A DNA stretch of 60,883 nt from an uncultured Gammaproteobacteria bacterium (GCA_964431805.1 CAYSKV010000006.1:1-60883), one strand, 5' to 3'. Shown: positions 8,270 to 18,256, counted from the first letter of the stretch. Translations and numbers: made by a program. Notes: a model not told the origin generated them from the letters alone.

Positions 8270-9955
8270 ATGAGAAAAGACATAAAAGAAAAACTCAAAG
8301 GAATGCCAGAGTTACTCTCCATCGGTCAGGTGGCAGAGATTTTTAGCATTCACCAAGATACTTTAAGAAACTGGGAAAAGGATGGCACCCTTGTCCCCCT
8401 TAGGGTTGGCCCACGTAAGGATCGCAAATATCGCCCACAAGATATTCAAGCCATCGTGGACAAAATGGGCAGTAAACTTACTTTACCTCAGCTTGAAGCT
8501 TTCCTTTGGAAGAGCGCCGATATTCTCCGAGGGAAAATCGACAGCTCTGATTATAAAAAATATATCTTCGGCCTATTATTTTATAAACGAATGAGTGATG
8601 TGTGGGATGAAGAATATGAGTCGGTAATGAAAGAATATAACGACAAGACAATTGCTGGCGCTGATTACAATCACCGCTTTCAAGTTCCAAAAGATTGCAA
8701 ATGGGCAGTTGTTACTGAACAAGCAGAAAGCATCGGTCAAAAGTTAAATGACATTTTTGAAAAGCTTGCTAATGCCAATAGTCCGAAGTTGGACAGAATT
8801 TTTGACGATCTTGATTTCTCAAATAGAGATCGTTTTCCGAACGAAACACTCCAAAGACTCATAAATCACTTTTCTCAATATAATTTTGGTAATACTTACA
8901 TTAGTTCAGACCTCTTAGGTGATGCATACGAATATCTTATCAAACAATTTGCGGCAGACGCAGGGAAAAAAGGCGGAGAATTCTACACGCCTCGTGAAGT
9001 TGAAAAAGTCATTATTGGAATTTTAAAGCCACATCAAAAAGACCATATTTATGATCCAACCGCTGGATCAGGAGGTTTCCTACTTGAGGCATATGACTAT
9101 CTAAAACAAAAATCTGGCGAAAAGATTGCCAAGACGCTTTATCTTTATGGTCAGGAATTAAACATCAGCACTTTTGCTATTGCAAAAATTAATATGTTTT
9201 TGCACGGTCTTGATAGCGCCGATATTCGACGTGGTGACACTATTGCAAATCCTCAATTTTTGACACAAAACGGCAATCTGCAAACATTCGACATCTGCGT
9301 AGCAAATCCGCCCTACTCAATTAAGGATTGGGAATCAGAAATTTTCAGAACAAATAAATATGGACGACTTGAGGGTTACGATATGCCTCCAGAAAAAAAT
9401 GCCGACTATGCTTTTGTTTTACATATCATTAAATCAATGAATGTAAACGGCCGGGCTGGCATCGTGCTTCCTCATGGCGTTCTGACCAGGCCTAACGCTG
9501 AAGCACGAATTCGTGAACAAATACTTAAGAATGATCTAATTGAAGCAGTCATTGCTTTACCACCAAAGCTTTTTTATGGCACAGGCATCCCAGCGGCTAT
9601 TTTAATTTTCAATAAAAACAAGCCTGAAAATAAGAAAAATAAGGTGTTGATTATTGATGCCGAGAAAGATTTTCTTGAGGGTAAAAATCAAAATTCCCTC
9701 CGACCGCAAGATATAAACAAAATCGTAAAAGCATACGATGGTTATTCTGATATTGAAAAATATGCTCGTATTGTTTCACTTAAAGAGATTGAAGATAAGG
9801 GATACAGCTTAAATATCCGTGATTTTATTGACTCATCCGAAGAAGATGAATTGATTGACGTTAAAACTGTAAGAAATGATATTATTTCTCTCAAAAAAGA
9901 TTTGGCGAAATCAGACGCATTGGTCGAGAGATACTTAGATGAACTGAATTATTAA
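8270..9955 (+). CDS. hsdM: Type I R-M methyltransferase with N-terminal MerR/Xis-like HTH (track start 8210)
   Basis: LWKSADILRG, GEFYTP, YDPTAGSGG, ANPPY motifs; N-terminal LSIGQVAEIFSIHQDTLRNWEKDG. Confidence 0.95.
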   Translation: MRKDIKEKLKGMPELLSIGQVAEIFSIHQDTLRNWEKDGTLVPLRVGPRKDRKYRPQDIQAIVDKMGSKLTLPQLEAFLWKSADILRGKIDSSDYKKYIFGLLFYKRMSDVWDEEYESVMKEYNDKTIAGADYNHRFQVPKDCKWAVVTEQAESIGQKLNDIFEKLANANSPKLDRIFDDLDFSNRDRFPNETLQRLINHFSQYNFGNTYISSDLLGDAYEYLIKQFAADAGKKGGEFYTPREVEKVIIGILKPHQKDHIYDPTAGSGGFLLEAYDYLKQKSGEKIAKTLYLYGQELNISTFAIAKINMFLHGLDSADIRRGDTIANPQFLTQNGNLQTFDICVANPPYSIKDWESEIFRTNKYGRLEGYDMPPEKNADYAFVLHIIKSMNVNGRAGIVLPHGVLTRPNAEARIREQILKNDLIEAVIALPPKLFYGTGIPAAILIFNKNKPENKKNKVLIIDAEKDFLEGKNQNSLRPQDINKIVKAYDGYSDIEKYARIVSLKEIEDKGYSLNIRDFIDSSEEDELIDVKTVRNDIISLKKDLAKSDALVERYLDELNY

Positions 9956-9959
9956 AATT

Positions 9960-10832
9960 ATGAGTGTATCAACTAAATTTCAAAATTTTTGTTCAAACAT
10001 CCGCATAACAGCAAGTGTTGCTGGTGATATCTCTTATCGCTACAAAAGAATCACCAAACAACTTAACAAAGATTTTTGGGATACTGAATCAGATACATCA
10101 CATAGTTTATATGTTGGATCTTATGGCCGCGATACAGATATCCATGTTAGCGATATAGATGTATTATTTCAGTTACCATACTCTGTTTATGAAAGAATAA
10201 ATGGTCATTCGGGGAATGGTCAGTCAGCACTTCTTGCTGAAGTTCGAGACTCTTTAAGAAATACCTATAGCACCACTCATATAAGTAGTGATGGGCAGAT
10301 TATTGGAATTAAATTTGACGACGGCGTGAATTTTGAAATTTTACCTTGTTTTATAAATAAAGATGGAAGCTACACTTATCCAGATTCTAATAATGGTGGG
10401 AGTTGGAAAACTACAAATCCAAAACCTGAAATTGAGGAAATAAAAAAGACAAATGACTTATGTAATGGAAATTTAAAAAATCTTTGTAGAATGGCAAGGG
10501 CGTGGAAAGATAAATGGGATGTCCCCATGGGCGGCTTGCTAATTGATACATTAGCCTATCAATTTATAAAACAATGGGCTCACAGAAATGAATCATATTT
10601 ATATTATGATTATATGACTCGCGACTTTTTTGAATACTTAAAAAATCAGGACGAAAATAAAACCTATTGGTTAGCGGTTGGTAGCGGTCAATATGTTTAT
10701 AAAAAAGGCGATTTCCAATACAAGGCCTTACGTGGATTTAATATCTCAGAAGAAGCTATTGATTATGAGCAAAGGGAAATGCCAGCTTCGGCCAATGGCA
10801 AGTGGAGAGAAATTTATGGGACTAAATTTTAA
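9960..10832 (+). CDS. SMODS/cGAS-DncV-like nucleotidyltransferase (CD-NTase)
   Basis: VGSYGRDT...SDIDVLF nucleotidyltransferase motif, third acidic residue in FEILP, GGSWKTTNPK. Confidence 0.9.
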   Translation: MSVSTKFQNFCSNIRITASVAGDISYRYKRITKQLNKDFWDTESDTSHSLYVGSYGRDTDIHVSDIDVLFQLPYSVYERINGHSGNGQSALLAEVRDSLRNTYSTTHISSDGQIIGIKFDDGVNFEILPCFINKDGSYTYPDSNNGGSWKTTNPKPEIEEIKKTNDLCNGNLKNLCRMARAWKDKWDVPMGGLLIDTLAYQFIKQWAHRNESYLYYDYMTRDFFEYLKNQDENKTYWLAVGSGQYVYKKGDFQYKALRGFNISEEAIDYEQREMPASANGKWREIYGTKF

Positions 10833-10836
10833 TTAT

Positions 10837-11409
10837 ATGGACATAAAAAACCTTTCAATTATCAGACAGTCATTTGCAAGTACAGTTTTTACACATAAAG
10901 TCCAAGAGGTTGCATCTGAAAACCAAGAAAAAAATGTATTTATTATTAAAATAATAAATATAATACTAGTTTCGATTGTTCTTATTTTATTAATTATTCA
11001 GGCCGCAAATCCAAATAATTTAATTTTTTCTTTTATCGGTGCTGGTATTACAGCTGCTGAGATTATATTTTTGATTATTCAGCTTTCTTTTAATTTTGAA
11101 CAGAAAGTGATAATGCACAAAAACTCGGCATTAAAATATATGGGTTTACGAGACGCTTACAGATCTCTTATTACTGATGTTATGAATGAAGCTATCCAGA
11201 CGAGTGAGATTGTTAGTCGAAGAGATTTATTGCAACGAGAATATCAAATAATTTCTGATTTAGCGCCCCAGACAGGAAATAAAGAATATGCAGAAGCACA
11301 AAAAAGATTAAATAAACGCGGAGTAGTCTCTGGAGAAGATTTTACATGGTCCGACGAAGAAATAGATTGGTTTTTACCAGAAAATTTAAGGCTAAAAAGA
11401 CCACAGTAG
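10837..11409 (+). CDS. SLATT-family 2-TM effector (true start 10837; track start 10678 overlaps upstream gene)
   Basis: FTHKVQE, two TM helices, HKNSALKY..LRDAY, C-terminal LP..LR; directly follows the CD-NTase. Confidence 0.85.
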   Translation: MDIKNLSIIRQSFASTVFTHKVQEVASENQEKNVFIIKIINIILVSIVLILLIIQAANPNNLIFSFIGAGITAAEIIFLIIQLSFNFEQKVIMHKNSALKYMGLRDAYRSLITDVMNEAIQTSEIVSRRDLLQREYQIISDLAPQTGNKEYAEAQKRLNKRGVVSGEDFTWSDEEIDWFLPENLRLKRPQ

Positions 11410-11418
11410 TCCATTACT

Positions 11419-12549
11419 ATGAAAGTTAATTTATTACAAAATATTCCAAAAGATTGGGACATAAAGAAAATTAAAGATGTTCTCGACTTTGAGCAACCAA
11501 CAAAATATATAGTTGAAAGCTCAAGTTATACTCCTACTGGTGAAACAGCTGTTCTGACAGCTAATAAATCTTTTATTTTGGGTTATACAAACGAAACTGA
11601 GGGTGTATATACAGACACACCTGTAATTATTTTCGATGATTTTACTACTGACAGTAAATATGTTGATTTTCCTTTTAAAGTTAAGTCTTCGGCAATTAAA
11701 ATATTAAAAACAAAAAATACTGAAACTGAACTCAAATTTATCTATGAGTTAATGAAATTAATGAATTTTCAAATCGCAAATCATAAACGTCATTATATTT
11801 CGCAATACCAAGAACTATCTATTGTTGTTCCTCCTATTAAAGAACAGAAAAAGATTGCGGGTATCTTGTCGTCTATTGATGAGGAAATTAATATTATTGA
11901 AAATATTATAAATACGGACGAAAAATTAAAAACTGGTTTAATGCAGTCTTTGTTCGAGGGTAATTGGCCTTATAAAAAAATAAATGAAATAGCAACTGTT
12001 TTGACTGGAGGGACGCCAAGAACGTCAACAAAAGAATTTTGGAATGGATCAATTAATTGGATGTCTTCTGGTGAGGTTAATTTGCGAAGAGTTAAGAATA
12101 CAGAAAAGAAAATTACTCAAAAAGGACTCGAGGGATCCAATGCAACCATTTTACCAATAGGAACCGTTATGGTTGCTTTGGCTGGACAAGGTAAGACACG
12201 TGGGAAAGTGGCAATATTAGAAATAGAGACAACGTGCAATCAATCATTAGCCGGGATTATTACCGATAAAGAATCAGTTTTTAACGAATTTTTATTTTAT
12301 AACCTCGAAAATCGCTATCAGGAACTGAGAAATATTAGCGGTGGAGAGGGTCGTACAGGTTTAAATTTAAAGCTAATTAAAAACTTTAAAATACCAGTAC
12401 CACCCCTAAATTTACAAAAGAAAATTGCCACCGCTCTTGCTTCTATTGATGAAAGAATTACAAAAAATTTACTCTTAAAAGAAAATTTTTTAAGACTTAA
12501 GAAGGGATTAGTGTCGGATCTTTTGAGCGGAAAAGTCAGAACAAAATAA
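11419..12549 (+). CDS. hsdS: Type I R-M specificity subunit
   Basis: Two TRDs with VPPIKEQKKIA / VPPLNLQKKIA conserved regions and KKGLVSDLLSG terminus. Confidence 0.95.
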   Translation: MKVNLLQNIPKDWDIKKIKDVLDFEQPTKYIVESSSYTPTGETAVLTANKSFILGYTNETEGVYTDTPVIIFDDFTTDSKYVDFPFKVKSSAIKILKTKNTETELKFIYELMKLMNFQIANHKRHYISQYQELSIVVPPIKEQKKIAGILSSIDEEINIIENIINTDEKLKTGLMQSLFEGNWPYKKINEIATVLTGGTPRTSTKEFWNGSINWMSSGEVNLRRVKNTEKKITQKGLEGSNATILPIGTVMVALAGQGKTRGKVAILEIETTCNQSLAGIITDKESVFNEFLFYNLENRYQELRNISGGEGRTGLNLKLIKNFKIPVPPLNLQKKIATALASIDERITKNLLLKENFLRLKKGLVSDLLSGKVRTK

Positions 12550-12553
12550 TAAT

Positions 12554-15466
12554 ATGAAATTTAACGAACAATACACAATTGAATATCACATCATAAAATT
12601 CATACGAGAAAAACTCGGCTATGAATATATTCCTGCGGAAGAATTTTCTAAACTCCGTTCTTTTGAAACTGAGTATATTATCACTTCTCATCTTTTGGAA
12701 GCGGTAAAGAAAATTAACAATATTGACGATGCTGTAGCACAAAGCGTTGTGAGAGAAGTTAAAAAATCAGATACAAACGAAGCATCTCTACTCGCGATGC
12801 GAAATGGTATCAATTTGAAAGATCCAAATACTGGTAACTTCCGCGATTATAAGATTGTTGATTTTGATAATCCTGAAAATAATCATTTTGTCGTTACTAA
12901 TCAATTCTATTTTGAGGGAGCAACTGAAAACATCCGCCCTGATGTGATGATTTTCCTTAATGGCTTGCCGGTTTGTGATATAGAAGCTAAAAGTCCTACC
13001 GCTTCAAGTAGTGTCAGTTTTGAAAACGCCATTGATCAGTTAAAGAGATACGAGAAAGTCGCACCAAAGCTTTTCTTGCCTAACTGCCTTAATATCGCCA
13101 CCGATGGCCTTAAAACAGTCTACGGAGCAACTTATTCCCCAAAGCAGTACTTCCTTGCGTGGCGTGAAGATCCACAAGTGGAAAAGAAAACTTTTGAAGA
13201 CGAGCTTGATTCAACACTTTTCTTTTTACTTGATCAAAAGCAGATTCTTGACCTCATTAAAAACTTTATTGTTTTTGAAAAAAAGAAAGACGGAGTCACT
13301 AAGAAAATTACCAGATACCAACAATTTTACGCGGCCAATAAAATCGTGGCTCGCGTTCAAGATGGCGAGAGAAAGAAAGGTTTGATTTGGCATACTCAAG
13401 GATCTGGTAAGACTCTTACTATGTTTTTCACAGCTTGGAAACTTCGCTATAATCCCGAACTAAAAAATCCTAAGGTATTTATTTTGATTGATCGTATTGA
13501 TCTTGATGATCAAGTGTACGAAGAATTTGAAAGCTGGGGCGGACAAAATCTTGTAAGAGTTGAATCGCGCAAAGACCTTGAAAAGAAAATTAAAGGAGCT
13601 GATAGAGGTATCTTTATCTCAACTATTCAAAAATTCAGCGAGTTGGAAGAGATAGAAAATATTGATGGTAACGTTATTGTTCTTTCTGACGAAGCTCACC
13701 GAGACAATGAAGGTATATCAGCGATAAAGATGCGCAATGCTTTTAAAGATGCTTTCTTTTTCGGATTCACTGGAACGCCAATTGATAAATTAACGCTGAA
13801 TACTCATAGAAACTTTGGCGAAGAGGGTGAACGATATCTTGATTACTATTCAATCCAGCAAGCCATTGATGATGGCGCTACTTTACCAGTTACATACGAG
13901 GCTCGTCTTTCTAAATTCTTTATTGATGAGGAAAAAGTTGATCAGCAATTTAATGAACTCACTGTTGATTTGAATGACAAGCAAAAAGAACTGCTTACTA
14001 AAAAATACGGAAAGAAAGAGGCTCTTGTTAAATTGGATAAAAGAATGGAAGCGGTTGCTCAAGATATTATTGAGCACTACAAGCTTTATGTCTTACCAAA
14101 CGGATTCAAGGCACAGGTTGTTTGTTATGACCGCGAGGCTACGGCTAAATATAAACAGCTTTTTGATAAGCTGGTTCCAGCTGAATGGTCTGAGGTTGTC
14201 TATTCTCCTGGCGATCCAAATAGTGAAAGCGATGATCTTAAAAAATACAATACAAATAAACAGAAGCGAGAAAAAATTATTGAGCAGTTCAAAGATCCAA
14301 ATCATCCGCTTAAATTCTTACTTGTGTGCGACATGCTTTTGACTGGTTTTGATGCACCAGTTGAACAAGTAATGTATTTGGATAAACCGCTTCGCGATCA
14401 TAACCTACTTCAAGCAATCGCCCGTACAAACCGAGTATTCCCAAATAAAGGATGTGGAAAGATTATTGATTACTATGGTGTAACTAAAAATCTCTACGAC
14501 GCTCTTAATTTTGACGAGAGTGTAGTTGATAGTGCCATGGTAGATATCAACCGTCTTAAAGAAGAGTTCTCAAAAGTTATTGGCGAAATAATGGAATTAT
14601 TTGTCGGGGTTAATATCGAAGATCCATCAATAGATAACCTACGCCGATGTTTGAAGATATTTATTGAAAACCAGAGCAAACAGCAATACTTCAAGGATAA
14701 ATACAGCCGACTAAAGATGTTGTTTGAGATTCTTTCACCCGATCCATTCCTGATGGAATATCTACGCAAATTTGAGTGGATTACTAGTTTTTATTTGGCA
14801 TTCGTAAAAGAATTCCAAATTGACGACATAGACGCTTTTTCACTTGCTGAATATGGAGAGAAAATAAAGAGCTTGATTCAGCAGAAGATTGACTACGAGG
14901 GCATCACCAAAAACTTCCGAGAATTAAATATTCACGACTTAGCTACTTTAAACAAACTTGATAAACTTCCCGAAGAAGAGAAGGCTCTTAACCTTGAAAA
15001 AATGTTGAAGCGTGAGATTTCAATTAATATTGATACTCATCCGGCATTCAAGAAATTCAGCGAGCGACTTATCGCTATTCGTGTTGAATTTGAAAAGCAC
15101 CAGATTGATTTAGCAGAAAGAATAAAGCGCTACTATGAACTTCTAAACGATATAAAGACAAAGACCGAAGAAGCTAAAGAATTGGGCTACACTCTCCGCG
15201 AATACGGCCTATTTGTAATCTCTGATGAATTTATCAGCGAATCTGATAAGGATATTGTTAAGGAATTCGTAAAAGAAATGGCCGCACGACTTGAAGATGT
15301 TCTCGATGAAAACTGGCAAGATTCATCCAAGAGAGAAGAATTTTTGAAAGAAGCAAAACGAACTCTGCAAGAATTAATCCTCAAAGACTATAAGGATAAA
15401 ATAAAGGTTTCTGATTTCCACAAATATTTAAATAGATTGGTGGATGTGGTAATTAAGCGATTTTAA
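12554..15466 (+). CDS. hsdR: Type I R-M restriction subunit
   Basis: RPDV...IEAKS nuclease motif, HTQGSGKT, DEAHR, GFTGTP, MLLTGFDAP, QAIARTNR. Confidence 0.97.
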   Translation: MKFNEQYTIEYHIIKFIREKLGYEYIPAEEFSKLRSFETEYIITSHLLEAVKKINNIDDAVAQSVVREVKKSDTNEASLLAMRNGINLKDPNTGNFRDYKIVDFDNPENNHFVVTNQFYFEGATENIRPDVMIFLNGLPVCDIEAKSPTASSSVSFENAIDQLKRYEKVAPKLFLPNCLNIATDGLKTVYGATYSPKQYFLAWREDPQVEKKTFEDELDSTLFFLLDQKQILDLIKNFIVFEKKKDGVTKKITRYQQFYAANKIVARVQDGERKKGLIWHTQGSGKTLTMFFTAWKLRYNPELKNPKVFILIDRIDLDDQVYEEFESWGGQNLVRVESRKDLEKKIKGADRGIFISTIQKFSELEEIENIDGNVIVLSDEAHRDNEGISAIKMRNAFKDAFFFGFTGTPIDKLTLNTHRNFGEEGERYLDYYSIQQAIDDGATLPVTYEARLSKFFIDEEKVDQQFNELTVDLNDKQKELLTKKYGKKEALVKLDKRMEAVAQDIIEHYKLYVLPNGFKAQVVCYDREATAKYKQLFDKLVPAEWSEVVYSPGDPNSESDDLKKYNTNKQKREKIIEQFKDPNHPLKFLLVCDMLLTGFDAPVEQVMYLDKPLRDHNLLQAIARTNRVFPNKGCGKIIDYYGVTKNLYDALNFDESVVDSAMVDINRLKEEFSKVIGEIMELFVGVNIEDPSIDNLRRCLKIFIENQSKQQYFKDKYSRLKMLFEILSPDPFLMEYLRKFEWITSFYLAFVKEFQIDDIDAFSLAEYGEKIKSLIQQKIDYEGITKNFRELNIHDLATLNKLDKLPEEEKALNLEKMLKREISINIDTHPAFKKFSERLIAIRVEFEKHQIDLAERIKRYYELLNDIKTKTEEAKELGYTLREYGLFVISDEFISESDKDIVKEFVKEMAARLEDVLDENWQDSSKREEFLKEAKRTLQELILKDYKDKIKVSDFHKYLNRLVDVVIKRF

Positions 15467-15468
15467 TT

Positions 15469-16035
15469 ATGAAAAGAAAAATCGAGCTACATAAAAAGAA
15501 AGTCGAATACACCCTAAAGGTGAGCAAGCGAGCTCGAAGAATGAGACTGGCTATCTATTGCGATGGCAACTTTGTGGTCACCGCGCCGCGAAATATGAGT
15601 GAGAATATTGTTGAACAATTCATAATCAGAAAATCGCAGTGGATACTTGATAAATTAGAATATTTTAAAAGCATCTCTGGACGGATATTTTTAAGAGGTA
15701 CTAAAAAAGATTATAAGGAATACAAAGACCGAGCCCTTGATTTAGTACAAAAACGGATTGAGTATTTTAATAAAACTTACAGTTTTAGATTTAATAAGAT
15801 AAATATTAAAAATCAAAAAACTCGCTGGGGAAGTTGTTCAAAAAAAGGAAATCTCAATTTTAACTACAAAATTGCCATGCTACCTGAAAAATTAGCTGAT
15901 TATATTATTGCTCATGAGCTTTGCCATTTAAAAGAATTTAATCATTCACAAAAGTTTTGGAATTTGGTCGCAAAAATGATGCCAGACTATCAAAATTTAA
16001 AAAATGAGTTAAAAAAGGGAGGACTAAAATATTAA
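15469..16035 (+). CDS. YgjP/DUF45 (SprT-like, M48) zinc metallopeptidase
   Basis: RWGSCS and HELCH (HExxH); typical position after hsdR. Confidence 0.9.
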   Translation: MKRKIELHKKKVEYTLKVSKRARRMRLAIYCDGNFVVTAPRNMSENIVEQFIIRKSQWILDKLEYFKSISGRIFLRGTKKDYKEYKDRALDLVQKRIEYFNKTYSFRFNKINIKNQKTRWGSCSKKGNLNFNYKIAMLPEKLADYIIAHELCHLKEFNHSQKFWNLVAKMMPDYQNLKNELKKGGLKY

Positions 16036-16169
16036 TAATTTACTATGCGGCGCAGAGATTTATATTTTGATAAAAAATAATATTGAAAATTAAGATTTAT
16101 ATTATAAATCAAACATAAAAGCCCCGTGAAAACGGGGCTTTCGGGTCTGCCGATAATAAGTTTTAGATG

Positions 16170-16243
16170 CGGGACGGACGGGACTCGGACCCGCGACCTC
16201 TGCCGTGACAGGGCAGCGCTCTAACCAACTGAGCTACCGTCCC
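16170..16243 (-). tRNA. tRNA-Asp(GTC)
   Basis: Cloverleaf; anticodon arm ctgcc-ctGTCac-ggcag; T-loop reads TCCGAGT. Confidence 0.95.
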
Positions 16244-16320
16244 AAATTATATTTTTATAACAAAAAGTCTCTAAACGAGACTAAAATTATCCTAACAAAT
16301 TAAGTGTTTTAAGTCAATCT

Positions 16321-17097
16321 CTATAATTTTTTTCTTTGCCTTGAAGCTTCAAACAAAATTATAGCTGTACTAACCGAAACGTTCAATGAGTCAATTTTCC
16401 CTCTCATCTTTATTTTTATCTTTTCGTCAGCCGTCTTAAGCCATTCATCGCTTAAACCTTTATCCTCGGCGCCCATAGCAATGGCGCAACCAACTTTGTA
16501 ATTAATTTCCGTATATTCTTTTTTTGTGTTCGGCGTAGTGGCAAATATTTTTATTTTATTAAGTTTACAAAATTCAACTGTCTCGCTGATTGAACTTAAA
16601 ACCGTCGGTACAGTAAAAACCGTGCCTTGACTGGCGCGAATAACATTTGGATTATAAATATCAGTTTTAGGATCATTAATAATAACCGCATCAACTCCCA
16701 CTGCATCTGCCGTTCTTAAAATCGCGCCTAAATTCCCCGGTTTTTCTACCGCTTCTAAAACAATAATTAATGGCTTCGCGCTTAATTTTATATTTTTTAA
16801 TTTTTCTTGTCTGGTTTTTGCCACGGCTAAAAATCCATCCGGATTTTCTCGATAAGCTATTTTGTCAAAAATTTTTTTTGAAACTTCAATTATTTTTTCT
16901 TCCTCGAACCCTAGCTCTTGTTTTATATAGTCCTGACAATAAAATAAATTTTCTATTTCAACCCCGCCTTTTAGCGCTAAATTTATTTCGCGCCAGCCTT
17001 CAATTAAAAACAAACCTTGCTGTTTTCGCTCTCGACTGGTCTCGCGCAACTTAACAAGGTTTTTAATTTTTTCATTCTGCACACTTTCTATAATCAT
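16321..17097 (-). CDS. TrmH/SpoU family RNA methyltransferase
   Basis: EKPGNLGAILRT, GAEDKGLS, DSLNVS SPOUT motifs. Confidence 0.93.
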   Translation of the reverse strand: MIIESVQNEKIKNLVKLRETSRERKQQGLFLIEGWREINLALKGGVEIENLFYCQDYIKQELGFEEEKIIEVSKKIFDKIAYRENPDGFLAVAKTRQEKLKNIKLSAKPLIIVLEAVEKPGNLGAILRTADAVGVDAVIINDPKTDIYNPNVIRASQGTVFTVPTVLSSISETVEFCKLNKIKIFATTPNTKKEYTEINYKVGCAIAMGAEDKGLSDEWLKTADEKIKIKMRGKIDSLNVSVSTAIILFEASRQRKKL

Positions 17098-17106
17098 ATT
17101 AAATAA

Positions 17107-17772
17107 TTATTGTCGTTTTTTTTCTTGAAGATAAGCAATATATGAATAACCAATAGTGCCTACTAATAATATTAGCATAGCGATTATAAAAACCGCTAAT
17201 TTCCAACTATTCGGTAAAATAGTTTGAATCATCATTAATAAGCCGGCCAGAATAAACATTTTACCGCCGACACGATGCGTTTTATTCCAAACTTCTTCCG
17301 AAGACATTGTCCATGGCGTTTTGATACCAATAAACCAATTCCGCTTTAACTTAGCCATGTAATTACCTATAATTATAAATAAAAAACCAATCATAATCGG
17401 CGTAATAATACCAACCGGTAGATTATAACCTAATCCATTAAGACACATTAAAAAATATACAATAACCATCATGGCTAAAATTATATGTTTAAAAATGTGG
17501 TAAACTTTAATAAATTGTTCATAGCGTTCTTTCCTCGGATCTAAAAAAGGTAATAATAAAAACATAACGTACATACCAATAATAATTAGCGGAAAAATAA
17601 TCGCTTGCATTGGTCCGGAACCCCAACCGTCAACTTCTCCGGCAAAATTCCAATGAGTTGCAATACGTTCCGGCAAATTATTATAGAAAAACACGGAAGC
17701 GACCAAAGTTAAAACAATCATGGCTAAAGAAAAAAATTCTGTTTTTATGGTTGGTTTAATTGGATTAGACAT
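17107..17772 (-). CDS. sdpI: SdpI/DUF1648 family membrane immunity protein (track start 17817)
   Basis: LPERIATHWN...DGW, RNWFIGIKTPWT.SSEEVW.KTHR. Confidence 0.88.
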   Translation of the reverse strand: MSNPIKPTIKTEFFSLAMIVLTLVASVFFYNNLPERIATHWNFAGEVDGWGSGPMQAIIFPLIIIGMYVMFLLLPFLDPRKERYEQFIKVYHIFKHIILAMMVIVYFLMCLNGLGYNLPVGIITPIMIGFLFIIIGNYMAKLKRNWFIGIKTPWTMSSEEVWNKTHRVGGKMFILAGLLMMIQTILPNSWKLAVFIIAMLILLVGTIGYSYIAYLQEKKRQ

Positions 17773-17832
17773 AAAATTTAATTGGTTTACCCTGTTAAAT
17801 AATTTTGCCTTTAGCAAAATTAGCGCGCAGCG

Positions 17833-18102
17833 CTATTTAACAGGGTTAAAAAATTTAATTAATTTTTCCGCCATTTCTTCAAACACGCTTAAATTAAGAG
17901 AATAAATTATCTCTTGGCCGCGTCTTCTGCTACTAACTAAATCGGCTTGCTTTAAAACATTTAAATGATGCGATAGCGAAGGCGGGGTAATGTCAAAATT
18001 TTTTCCAAGCTCCCCGGCCGCCATATCTTTTTTCTTTAATAGTTCTAAAATTTTACGCCTGGTTTGATCGGATAGGGCTTGTAAAGTAATATTTAAAGTC
18101 AT
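17833..18102 (-). CDS. sdpR: ArsR-family autorepressor, SdpR-like
   Basis: ALSDQTRRKILELL...SHHLNVLK...RRGQEIIYSLN; directly upstream of sdpI-like gene. Confidence 0.85.
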   Translation of the reverse strand: MTLNITLQALSDQTRRKILELLKKKDMAAGELGKNFDITPPSLSHHLNVLKQADLVSSRRRGQEIIYSLNLSVFEEMAEKLIKFFNPVK

Positions 18103-18256
18103 ATAAAATGTTTAGATATTTAGACAACTATCTAAATTATACCACACCTATAATTTTTGTCAAGTAAAAAGGCAACGCCCCTCACCAAAATTTGGTGAGG
18201 GGCGAGAAGGGGCCCGTTCTGGGAACAATTTCATCAGTTATATTTCAAATTCTAAT

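Larger units (their letters stand above)
1000..16160. mobile_element. Integrative defence island next to tRNA-Asp 3' end (boundaries approximate)
   Basis: Serine recombinase, phage-like methylase/terminase fragment, R-M and CBASS-like cargo; appears less AT-rich than core genes by eye; no clear att duplication found. Confidence 0.7.

Noticed and set aside
10678-10836. N-terminal extension of the SLATT ORF in the track
   Set aside because: Overlaps the CD-NTase by 155 nt; ATG 10837 follows its stop by 4 nt
11419-12549. hsdS shufflon or invertible TRD
   Set aside because: Single hsdS, with no silent copies or flanking inverted repeats seen
16141-16190. att duplication of the tRNA-Asp 3' end at the far end of the island
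   Set aside because: Only a 6-nt TGCGGG match near 1019 was found; insufficient to call attL/attR
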